IMG/VR virus record: IMGVR_UViG_3300045988_183115
DNA from: a virus
Direction: 5' to 3' (one strand)
Length of the DNA stretch: 64,000 nucleotides
Shown here: positions 1-7,691 of the stretch, in pieces
Numbering within the stretch: position 1 is the first letter of the stretch
Layout of the letters: each line of letters starts with the position of its first letter
The notes under the pieces: generated by a model
Told to the model about the DNA's origin: nothing
The model's input: the letters and a program-made list of their open reading frames with translations, nothing else
Databases searched by the model: none
Made by a program: the position numbers and the translations under genes

Positions 1-246
1 TTTGAAGTGGGTGAAGGAGACCATATTCATTGTTTTGTGTCAGCCCCACCCAAGCTGTCTGTCACAGATATTGTAAAATATTTAAAGGGAATCAGTGGCA
101 GGAAACTATTTGAAAAGTTCCCGGAAATCAGACAGAAATTATGGAAAGATCAGCTTTGGAATCATTCCTACTATGTGGGAACCATAGGTTCTGTGTCCGA
201 AGAGAACATACGGCGTTATATTGAACATCAGAGTAAATCTCATTAA
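1..246 (+). CDS. tnpA: IS200/IS605 family Y1 (HuH) transposase TnpA, C-terminal part; N-terminus lies upstream of the window
   Basis: Frame runs in from the window edge. FEVGEGDHIHCFVSAPPKLSVTDIVKYLKGISGRKLFEKFPEIRQKLWKDQLWNHSYYVGTIGSVSEENIRRYIEHQ matches the conserved C-terminal half of IS200 TnpA, including the HxH motif region. Confidence 0.85.
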   Translation, partial: FEVGEGDHIHCFVSAPPKLSVTDIVKYLKGISGRKLFEKFPEIRQKLWKDQLWNHSYYVGTIGSVSEENIRRYIEHQSKSH

Positions 247-259
247 GGAGGAAAAGAAC

Positions 260-1516
260 ATGCTGCTGTCACATAAGACAGATATTCAACTGAATACAAC
301 AGAGTCTAATATCGTAGGCCATATGTGCTATGCGGCATCTAAACTCTGGAACGTGTGCAACTATGAACGCCGTAATTTCAAGGAGCTTGGAATGGTCCAT
401 TACCCTGACTGGTATGATCAGAAAGCACGGTTAAAAGGAAATATGTGGTTCAAATCCCTGCCCTCGCAGACGGCGCAGGAAGTGTGCAAGCTGGTGGATA
501 AATCATGGAAGTCATTTTACGCACTGATAAAAAGTAAAGGCATCCAGAATCCAAAACCGCCAAGATTTAAACAAAGCGGTATGACAATTACCTATATGCA
601 GAATGCAATTGTACATGTACCTGGAAGCAAAAGGGTACGATTATCACTTTCGAAGCAGCTAAAGGAGTATCTGAAGCATACATATGACATCTGTGACAAC
701 TATCTGTATCTGGAAAATAAGATTTTCCAGAACACGGATGTCATCAAACAGATTAAGATATATCCACCGGATCAGAAAAATGTGTGTCAGGTTATCGTGA
801 TTTATGACGTAAAAGATGTGGAAAAAATGCAGGATAACGGACACTATTTATCGATTGATCTGGGTCTCCACAATCTGATGACCTGTTATGATTCTGTGGG
901 TACAAGTTTTATCCTTGGAAGAAAATATCTGGAAATCTCCCAGAAATATGATAAAGAAATCGCAAGACTTGGGCACCAATGGAACAGCTGTCAGTCAGCA
1001 GGAGGGATTAAGTATCCGAAGCCATCCAAACATATGCTTAAGGTATATAAGAAAAAGCGAAACTGTATTCACGACTATCTTCATAAAGTGACCAGAGCAG
1101 TAGTGAATTATTGTAAAGCAAATGATATCCACACGGTTATTATTGGTGATATCACAAATATTCGAAAGAATAAGAATCTGGGAAAAGTGACAAATCAAAA
1201 ACTTCATGGACTGCCTTATGCAAAAATATATGGAATGCTGGAGTATAAACTTGCAATGCATGGAATTACACTTGCGAAACAGACAGAAGAATATTCAAGC
1301 CAGTGTTCCCCACATGCACAACAAGTAACAAAAGAATATGCAAAGAAATGTAACAGAACGAACAGGGGATTGTATAAGGACAAGTTGTCAGTATATAATG
1401 CGGATGCAGTAGGGGCATATAACATTATGAAAAAATATTTTGCCAGATGCGGCAAAGAAAAAAAGATATCCGTTACCGGATTATCTTCTCCCCTGATCAT
1501 AAAAGTAGCTGTGTAA
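260..1516 (+). CDS. tnpB: TnpB (OrfB) RuvC-like RNA-guided endonuclease of IS200/IS605
   Basis: ATG at 260 follows AAGGAGG. RuvC-I is SIDLGLHNL, then a zinc-finger Cys cluster, then RuvC-III NADAVGAYNI. Length and layout are typical of TnpB. The ORF track starts earlier at 221. Confidence 0.85.
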   Translation: MLLSHKTDIQLNTTESNIVGHMCYAASKLWNVCNYERRNFKELGMVHYPDWYDQKARLKGNMWFKSLPSQTAQEVCKLVDKSWKSFYALIKSKGIQNPKPPRFKQSGMTITYMQNAIVHVPGSKRVRLSLSKQLKEYLKHTYDICDNYLYLENKIFQNTDVIKQIKIYPPDQKNVCQVIVIYDVKDVEKMQDNGHYLSIDLGLHNLMTCYDSVGTSFILGRKYLEISQKYDKEIARLGHQWNSCQSAGGIKYPKPSKHMLKVYKKKRNCIHDYLHKVTRAVVNYCKANDIHTVIIGDITNIRKNKNLGKVTNQKLHGLPYAKIYGMLEYKLAMHGITLAKQTEEYSSQCSPHAQQVTKEYAKKCNRTNRGLYKDKLSVYNADAVGAYNIMKKYFARCGKEKKISVTGLSSPLIIKVAV

Positions 1517-1622
1517 CCCCAAAAAGGTAGCAGTAAAGGTGTCATGGACGCACCCAGAATCTGTATGGCGAAGCCATATATATCTGATGCTCGGTAATTC
1601 AATTACCGATGTAGTTCACATG
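1400..1622 (+). ncRNA. putative TnpB-associated right-end RNA (omega/reRNA) overlapping tnpB 3' end and the IS right end
   Basis: By established TnpB biology the guide RNA scaffold derives from the tnpB 3' end plus RE. This stretch is GC-rich and contains the hairpin. Not verified structurally. Confidence 0.3.
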
Positions 1623-1692
1623 TTTTGTGTAATAAAAACTTCAATATTATTTTAGAAAGGAAGTTGCTAATATAGCAACAAGGTAGTAATTT

Positions 1693-2409
1693 ATGAACAA
1701 TAAAAATAACCCAATTAATTCATATAATATGTTGAGTAAACTGCCGGATATCAGACCAGTTCATTCTCTTATTATTATTTTTAATCTTGCACTTATTATA
1801 GGTGGACTTGTTTGCGAAATTATTTTTTACGGAACAGAAAATTTTGCAGGTGTAATTGCCAGCGGAATAATTGCGGGTTCAAATTTATTATGTTTTTTGA
1901 TTCTTAAAAATGTTATTAATTGGTACCCTCAGGCTAGATTTGAAATATATAATGAATATATTGATTTTAGCTATTTTGTGCCCGGAATTGACAAAATGAC
2001 AGATTATAAAGTTGAACAGATTGACCATATTAAAGAAACATTTGATGGTTTAATAGTAACAGGTATTATAAAACATAAACCTGCAGCAAAACTTAATTAT
2101 GGAGTACTTGATAAATATAAATTTCATATTGCAAATAAGGAATTAAAAAAGAAAATATTATCAGAAATGCAGGAATTCAAAAAAAGGCAATATATTAATG
2201 AGCTAAATAATTGTTTAGCTGATAAGCCAAAAGAAAAAAATAATGATTCAAATAATATAGATATAGTTACTGAATCTACTGAAATGCCTGATTTAGAACA
2301 AAATATAAAAATGGTTAAAGACGAAATGGCAAAAAAACTAAACGATTCTGATAGGATGGATATTACAATTGATAAACCAAATATAAAAGTAACAACTTCA
2401 ACAAAATAA
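1693..2409 (+). CDS. hypothetical membrane protein (2 TM helices, charged C-terminal half)
   Basis: 238-aa ORF with hydrophobic N-terminal segments. No recognizable domain. Confidence 0.55.
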   Translation: MNNKNNPINSYNMLSKLPDIRPVHSLIIIFNLALIIGGLVCEIIFYGTENFAGVIASGIIAGSNLLCFLILKNVINWYPQARFEIYNEYIDFSYFVPGIDKMTDYKVEQIDHIKETFDGLIVTGIIKHKPAAKLNYGVLDKYKFHIANKELKKKILSEMQEFKKRQYINELNNCLADKPKEKNNDSNNIDIVTESTEMPDLEQNIKMVKDEMAKKLNDSDRMDITIDKPNIKVTTSTK

Positions 2410-2427
2410 TAATTATTGCAATTAAAT

Positions 2428-2468
2428 AAGAAAATTCCATTCGACAATAGTCGATTGTGAGTAATTTA
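2428..2468 (+). repeat. degenerate partial copy of the 56-nt hairpin element family
   Basis: AAGAAAATTCCATTCGACAATAGTCGATTGTGAGTAATTTAG matches the core of the elements at 16129, 29060, 31135, 38435, 47556 and 49198. It lacks the 5' TATCGAAGAAT and 3' GTTCAT ends. Confidence 0.6.
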
Positions 2469-2476
2469 GATAGAAA

Positions 2477-2518
2477 AAGACTTAGTATGTATATAATATA
2501 TATCATACTAAGTCTTTT
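2477..2518. terminator. bidirectional rho-independent terminator between convergent genes
   Basis: Perfect inverted repeat AAGACTTAGTATG...CATACTAAGTCTT flanked by A/T runs on both strands. Confidence 0.7.
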
Positions 2519-2521
2519 TAT

Positions 2522-2920
2522 TTATTTATAAATTTTATTCCATTCTGAATTTTTACAGATTAAATCTATGTCATCATCAGACATATTCAACAACATTTTT
2601 ATTTCTTTTTTACCGTTTTCCGTAAAACACATAGCAGCTAAATATTGATCAAAAGACATCCATAATTTATGTTTCTTTAGTTTAGAAATAATAAATAATT
2701 TTGCATATAATTTATCCTTAATATTATTAGGCATTATATTAACAAATACATTGTTTTTTATTGCTAAATCGGTCATTACATTTATATTAACCACATCATT
2801 ATGAATATCTTTCCAATTAAAATGATTTTTTATATATTTAATAGACTCATTCTTTCCAACAAAAAACATTTTTTCGTTTCCAAATTCAATTGAAAAAATA
2901 TTAAGTTTGTTCATATTCAT
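2522..2920 (-). CDS. hypothetical protein (only convincing minus-strand gene in the window)
   Basis: 132-aa ORF with AAGGAGAG RBS on the minus strand upstream of its ATG (2921..2945). Convergent with 1693..2409. Confidence 0.6.
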   Translation of the reverse strand: MNMNKLNIFSIEFGNEKMFFVGKNESIKYIKNHFNWKDIHNDVVNINVMTDLAIKNNVFVNIMPNNIKDKLYAKLFIISKLKKHKLWMSFDQYLAAMCFTENGKKEIKMLLNMSDDDIDLICKNSEWNKIYK

Positions 2921-2996
2921 TTTACTCTCCTTAATTTTACAATATTTAATAATATACTATATATAAAATGAATTTACAAATTTATATCCAATTTTA

Positions 2997-3014
2997 TTTT
3001 TCTGACATATATAT
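2997..3014 (+). promoter_or_regulatory. conserved promoter-like motif, CTGACAT variant
   Basis: TTTTTCTGACATATATAT lies 45 nt upstream of the ATG at 3047. Confidence 0.45.
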
Positions 3015-3046
3015 TACATCAATTAATTAAAGGAGGCGTATTCAAA

Positions 3047-3247
3047 ATGATAGAACATATTGTTTTTAATGTGCAGGCAAATAAAACTTTATCTGATACT
3101 AATGAATCATTCTATGGATGCTGGACAAAAGGGCATACATATGAATGTATAGCATTTGGCGATTTCGTATCAGTAAGAAATGATTCTGGGATGTATACAC
3201 AATTTACAAAAGAAGCTTTCGAAAAATTTAAAGATAAAATTGCGTAA
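3047..3247 (+). CDS. hypothetical small protein
   Basis: 66-aa ORF with AAAGGAGG RBS. Confidence 0.55.
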   Translation: MIEHIVFNVQANKTLSDTNESFYGCWTKGHTYECIAFGDFVSVRNDSGMYTQFTKEAFEKFKDKIA

Positions 3248-3263
3248 TATATAAGGAGGATTT

Positions 3264-4550
3264 ATGAAACAGGCAGATATAAATACAATACCAAATCATG
3301 AATATTTGGAACTTAATTATGTTGCAGAAACAGCTACAGGTAAAGGTAATAATCAACAGATTATTATGCAGGTTAATGCCAATAATAAGAATGTTTTTGA
3401 TGTTACTGAAGGTAGAATTGGAATCAGGATAGGAAGGAACAGGCCAAGGACATATTCACTTCCTATGACTAATTGGGATTCTTTTTATTTGTCTAAGGTA
3501 AATAGAGGTTGGTTGCTTACAAAGACTCAAAAAATGGAGAAAAAAAAGATTACAAAAAAAGGTTTAAGTTTTAATGGCGGTACATATGCACAGACTGGAA
3601 TTTTCTCTGTTGATTCTATTATAACAAAACTGCTTTCATACGCTAATAAGGTTATTTCAGATAATTATTCAACTTCAGTTGAAGATATTTCAGATGAGAT
3701 GCTTGAATATGGTAATTCGATTTTGACTGAATTAGCTAAGAACCATGATTCTATGTCAATTGCAGAGTTTAATAATAAATTAAAAGTATTATATGCTGCA
3801 ATTCCTAGAAGAATGGATAATTTATCTAAACATTTGGCTAAAAGAAAGATTGAATTTGTTGATATCATTGACAAAGAGCAGGAACTGTTTGATATTGTGT
3901 ATTCTCAGGTAAGATCTAATAGTAATTTAGCTAAATATAACACTATGCCAACAGTTCTTCAGGCCTATGGACTTGAATGGAGACCTGTATCTGACGAAGA
4001 AGAGACTAAAATCAAGAAGCTTATGGGAGAAAATGCAAAGCAATATAAAAATGCTTGGAGAATCATTAATAAAAAGACCGAAAAGGCTTTCAATGAATAT
4101 TGTGCTAAAGAAAATTTAAGTGATGAAAATAATGGAATATCTCATTTATTTCATGGTTCAAGATCAGAAAACTTCTGGTCCATTATAACTAATGGTTTAA
4201 CAATAAATCCAGTTGGAGTTGTAACTAATGGAAAGATGTTTGGATTAGGTACATATTTTGCTAATAAGGCAAAAAAATCGATGGGATATACTTCAAGCTC
4301 CGGTTCTTATTGGACTCATGGTAGTGAAGCAATTGGATATTTAGGCATTTTCAAAGTGGCTACTGGTAAAACATATGATGTAACATCTGCTGAAAGTGAT
4401 TTAACTTATAATGTTTTACAACAGAGATGTCCTGGCGCTCATTGTACTTTTGCTCATGCAGGCCATAGTTTATGTAATGATGAAATTATTGTATATCAGG
4501 ATCAGCAAAGTACTATAGAATATTTTGTTGAATTTACAGCAGCTCAGTAA
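3264..4550 (+). CDS. PARP-like ADP-ribosyltransferase (WGR-like N-terminal domain + helical region + PARP catalytic domain)
   Basis: C-terminal half carries the PARP H-Y-E signature in the canonical order: HGSRSENFWSIITNGL, then GLGTYFANKAKKS, then EIIVYQ. N-terminus has a WGR-like segment (TEGRIGIRIGRN). RBS is AAGGAGGA. Confidence 0.7.
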   Translation: MKQADINTIPNHEYLELNYVAETATGKGNNQQIIMQVNANNKNVFDVTEGRIGIRIGRNRPRTYSLPMTNWDSFYLSKVNRGWLLTKTQKMEKKKITKKGLSFNGGTYAQTGIFSVDSIITKLLSYANKVISDNYSTSVEDISDEMLEYGNSILTELAKNHDSMSIAEFNNKLKVLYAAIPRRMDNLSKHLAKRKIEFVDIIDKEQELFDIVYSQVRSNSNLAKYNTMPTVLQAYGLEWRPVSDEEETKIKKLMGENAKQYKNAWRIINKKTEKAFNEYCAKENLSDENNGISHLFHGSRSENFWSIITNGLTINPVGVVTNGKMFGLGTYFANKAKKSMGYTSSSGSYWTHGSEAIGYLGIFKVATGKTYDVTSAESDLTYNVLQQRCPGAHCTFAHAGHSLCNDEIIVYQDQQSTIEYFVEFTAAQ

Positions 4551-4562
4551 GGAGGAAATTTT

Positions 4563-4706
4563 ATGAAAAAGAAAAATATATATGAATTAAAACGAGCAGG
4601 TATATGCTGCGAAGAAGAAATGAAAAAAGTATATAGATTTTCTCCATTGCCTCCTGAGGCAATCACTTTTATAAATAATTTACATCAGAAAAAAATTAAT
4701 AAATAA
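4563..4706 (+). CDS. hypothetical small protein (47 aa)
   Basis: ATG follows AAGGAGGAAATTTT. Short, so low confidence. Confidence 0.35.
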   Translation: MKKKNIYELKRAGICCEEEMKKVYRFSPLPPEAITFINNLHQKKINK

Positions 4707-4871
4707 TGATTGTGTAAAGCGTAGAATTAATTATTCTACGCTTTATTTATTTTAATTCTGTCATATTATTATTAGCTAAAAATAAAGGAGCTAATTATAT
4801 TTTTTATAAAAAGGGTTCAGCGGTAACGGTAAGCATGATCTTACTTAGTCACGTTGAACTCTTTTTTTAAT

Positions 4872-4889
4872 ATTATCTGTCATATATAT
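4872..4889 (+). promoter_or_regulatory. conserved promoter-like motif
   Basis: TTATCTGTCATATATAT lies ~42 nt upstream of the ATG at 4925. Confidence 0.55.
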
Positions 4890-4924
4890 ATTAATATAAC
4901 TTTTTTTGACTATAAGGAGGACCT

Positions 4925-6139
4925 ATGGATAGAGAACAAGAAAGATTAAATACATCACTTTTATGTGGTTGGTCAGTAATAACAATAACACTATTAGGCA
5001 TTTATTTTGGTGAAATGTTAAAACATGCTATATCACCACCATATTTTGCAATATTTGCTATATTAATTAGTATCCCGAATTTAACAGGGTGGTTGGTTTT
5101 TATTTATAATAAAAACTGGCTATTTTTAAAATATTTTGTAACATTCTCGTTTTTAATAATGTATACATTTACCTTATTTACAGGAAATACTGTTTTATGT
5201 TTTACTTATATATTCCCAATTATCCTGCTTTTAATTTTATATTATGATCCAACTTTAATTATAGTAACCGGGTTATTTTCGACAGTGTTGAATATTACAG
5301 CAATATTTATTAAGACATATAATAAAATTGATAAATCAGGTGGCAAAGACATGGAGATTCAACTTGCAATAATTATTTTATGCTTTGCAGCAGCATATAT
5401 TGTTTCAAAGTTTTATAAAAGAAATACAGACCTAAATTTGCAAAATACACAAACAATAATAAATCAAATAGAACAAATTAATAAAATGTCTCTCCAAACA
5501 GTTACAACTATAGCAAATATTATCGATGCCAGAGATAATTACACCAAAGGCCATTCAACCAGAGTAGCAGATTATACAGCCTTATTAGCATATAAATTAG
5601 GAATGAATAAAAATGAGATTGAAGATATTCATTCAATAGCACTATTGCATGATATAGGAAAACTAGGAATTCCGGATAGCATATTAAACAAACCAGGAAA
5701 ATTAACAAATGAAGAGTACCAAGTAATGAAGAACCACACAGTAATAGGCGGAAATATCTTAAAAGATATGTCAATGCTTAAGGACATTGATTTAGGAGCA
5801 AAATATCATCATGAAAGATATGACGGAAAAGGATACCCAGATGGCTTAAAGGGAGAACAAATACCTTATATTGCAAGAATTATTTCTGTAGCAGATGCCT
5901 TTGACGCAATGACAAGTGACAGAGTATATAGGAAACATTTAGATTCAATAATTGTAGTTAATGAGCTTGAAAAGGGTAAAGGTACTCAATTTGATCCTGT
6001 AATTGCAGATGCTATGTTAAGTTTAATTAAATCTGAAAAAATTAAAATGAATTATAATGCTTTACTTGAAGAAATAGATTTAGCAGAAAATTTAAACGAA
6101 TTGTATCCAGAGAAAGAATTTTATGATGCAACAGAGTAA
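4925..6139 (+). CDS. membrane-anchored HD-GYP domain phosphodiesterase (cyclic-di-GMP / cyclic dinucleotide hydrolase family)
   Basis: About 5 N-terminal TM helices. HD domain motifs are KGHSTRVADYT and IALLHDIGKLGIP. The HHERYDGKGYPDGL stretch is the HD-GYP signature. Confidence 0.85.
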   Translation: MDREQERLNTSLLCGWSVITITLLGIYFGEMLKHAISPPYFAIFAILISIPNLTGWLVFIYNKNWLFLKYFVTFSFLIMYTFTLFTGNTVLCFTYIFPIILLLILYYDPTLIIVTGLFSTVLNITAIFIKTYNKIDKSGGKDMEIQLAIIILCFAAAYIVSKFYKRNTDLNLQNTQTIINQIEQINKMSLQTVTTIANIIDARDNYTKGHSTRVADYTALLAYKLGMNKNEIEDIHSIALLHDIGKLGIPDSILNKPGKLTNEEYQVMKNHTVIGGNILKDMSMLKDIDLGAKYHHERYDGKGYPDGLKGEQIPYIARIISVADAFDAMTSDRVYRKHLDSIIVVNELEKGKGTQFDPVIADAMLSLIKSEKIKMNYNALLEEIDLAENLNELYPEKEFYDATE

Positions 6140-6279
6140 TGTTAGATTTAATAAAAAAAATGATAATAACTTTGTAAAATGCTCATATATTAGAAACAAA
6201 AAGATGCAATATGGCAGAAAGGAGAATTGCTTCTTCCCTTATCTGAAGATAAGGGATTCAGTGATTAATAAATATTATT

Positions 6280-7413
6280 ATGAAAACAATAGAAAAAATT
6301 AAAATACAAGATAATACAATAGAGCATACAGAAAAACAAACCAGTTTATACGCATATTTGTATAATAAATTTCAAAATAAAATAATGGCTATTAACCTTC
6401 TTATAATAATCACAATATTTGTTTTTGAATTATTATTTATACCAATACATATAATAATAGAAAAACAAACAATAAATATATTATCTTATATTATATTGAA
6501 TGTATTTACACCTACTACATCTAATTTAATAATATGGTTTACCGGTAGACAAATCATAAGAAAATATCAAGATAATATTATACCAGAAATATATGAAGCC
6601 ATGCCTTTGTATATTTTAACTTTAATTATAGTGGTTTCAATTATCATTCATTATAATTATCCGGTATTATATACATTAATAGCCTGCCCAATTTTTATGT
6701 GTATTGTATATGGTAGTAACAAGGTTAATTGGCAATTATTTTTGATAAGTCAATTTGAAATTATTACAATTTCATTATCATCAATCTCTGAATTAAATAA
6801 GTTACCATCAAATTATTTAATATATATGTTTTTATCATGTATCATAACAATATTTGCATATATTTATTCGAGACTTGTTATTAAATATGAGAAAGAAAAA
6901 GAACTTAAACTGGTTTTATCTGAAAATAGAAATGCGCAATTATTAAAAGAAATTTCACAAGATGGATTAACTCGATTAGATAATTATAGGTCTCTTTTTA
7001 ATACAACAAAGAAATGGATATCATATAAGAAAAAACTTTATTTTTGTATAATAGATATAGATGATTTTAAATCAGTTAACGATACATATGGACATGAATT
7101 TGGAAATACTGTTTTAATTAATTTAGCTAAGGAACTTCAAAATATTAACCAATCAAATATTTTTGTCGCCAGATATGGAGGTGAAGAATTCGGAATATTA
7201 TTTGCAGATTATGAATATACTGAGGCGTATAATATAATTAACGATATCAGAATTAAATTCAACAATATTAAATATGAGAATATTCCGCAGCAATTTACTT
7301 TCTCTGGAGGAATAACAGAATATAAAAAAAATAATACCGTTCATGATTTATTTGATGCAGCAGATAAAAATTTATATAAAGCTAAAAGAACAGGCAAAAA
7401 TAAAATTATGTAA
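6280..7413 (+). CDS. membrane-anchored GGDEF-domain diguanylate cyclase
   Basis: About 6 N-terminal TM helices. GGDEF domain is DIDDFKSVNDTYGHEFGN followed by the active-site RYGGEEFGILF (GGEEF). No promoter motif of its own, so probably co-transcribed with the HD-GYP gene. Confidence 0.85.
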   Translation: MKTIEKIKIQDNTIEHTEKQTSLYAYLYNKFQNKIMAINLLIIITIFVFELLFIPIHIIIEKQTINILSYIILNVFTPTTSNLIIWFTGRQIIRKYQDNIIPEIYEAMPLYILTLIIVVSIIIHYNYPVLYTLIACPIFMCIVYGSNKVNWQLFLISQFEIITISLSSISELNKLPSNYLIYMFLSCIITIFAYIYSRLVIKYEKEKELKLVLSENRNAQLLKEISQDGLTRLDNYRSLFNTTKKWISYKKKLYFCIIDIDDFKSVNDTYGHEFGNTVLINLAKELQNINQSNIFVARYGGEEFGILFADYEYTEAYNIINDIRIKFNNIKYENIPQQFTFSGGITEYKKNNTVHDLFDAADKNLYKAKRTGKNKIM

Positions 7414-7426
7414 AAATTTGCAGTCA

Positions 7427-7444
7427 AAAATCTGTCATATAATA
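7427..7444 (+). promoter_or_regulatory. conserved promoter-like motif with no ORF downstream
   Basis: AAATCTGTCATATAAT. The next 200 nt contain no credible ORF and end in a terminator hairpin. Confidence 0.45.
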
Positions 7445-7645
7445 ATTAAATCAATATTGTATTATAATTTACAATGTGATAAAATATTGTCGGTATATAT
7501 TAGGCATACATATATGCCTCCTCAAAGACTAGCACTTTTGTTAAAGCCGGTAATTTTGTTGTAAAAATACACTTTAATAGAATTTTACAATTCTACTAGC
7601 AACTTTGATTAAAGCTCTCACCTTAATGGTGGGAGCTTTTTGTTA
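7445..7645 (+). ncRNA. candidate small non-coding RNA (promoter-to-terminator unit without ORF)
   Basis: Bounded by the motif at 7432 and the terminator at 7617..7645. Contains the perfect palindrome GGCATACATATATGCC (7504..7519). No tRNA-like features. Confidence 0.3.
7617..7645 (+). terminator. rho-independent terminator
   Basis: GCTCTCACCTTAATGGTGGGAGC followed by TTTTTG. Confidence 0.55.
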
Positions 7646-7662
7646 TTCTCTGTCATATTTAT
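7645..7662 (+). promoter_or_regulatory. conserved promoter-like motif
   Basis: TTCTCTGTCATATTTAT lies ~36 nt upstream of the ATG at 7692. Confidence 0.55.
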
Positions 7663-7691
7663 TGTGTAAATAAATATAAAGGAGAAAAATT

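Larger units (their letters stand above)
1..1622 (+). mobile_element. IS200/IS605-family insertion sequence (tnpA + tnpB), left end outside window, putative right end near 1620
   Basis: tnpA and tnpB overlap. GC content is clearly higher than the rest of the window. Subterminal hairpin CGGTAATTCAATTACCG (1592..1608) is followed by GTAGTTCACA. AT-rich DNA resumes after ~1625. Confidence 0.75.

Noticed and set aside
659-1602. Minus-strand ORFs 659..844, 995..1261 and 1216..1602 inside or overlapping tnpB
   Set aside because: They lie antisense within a well-supported TnpB reading frame and have no RBS. These are typical shadow ORFs.
7343-7564. ORF 7343..7564 spanning the GGDEF gene end and the downstream spacer
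   Set aside because: It starts inside the GGDEF gene in another frame, crosses a promoter motif and has no RBS. The region is better explained as a non-coding unit.
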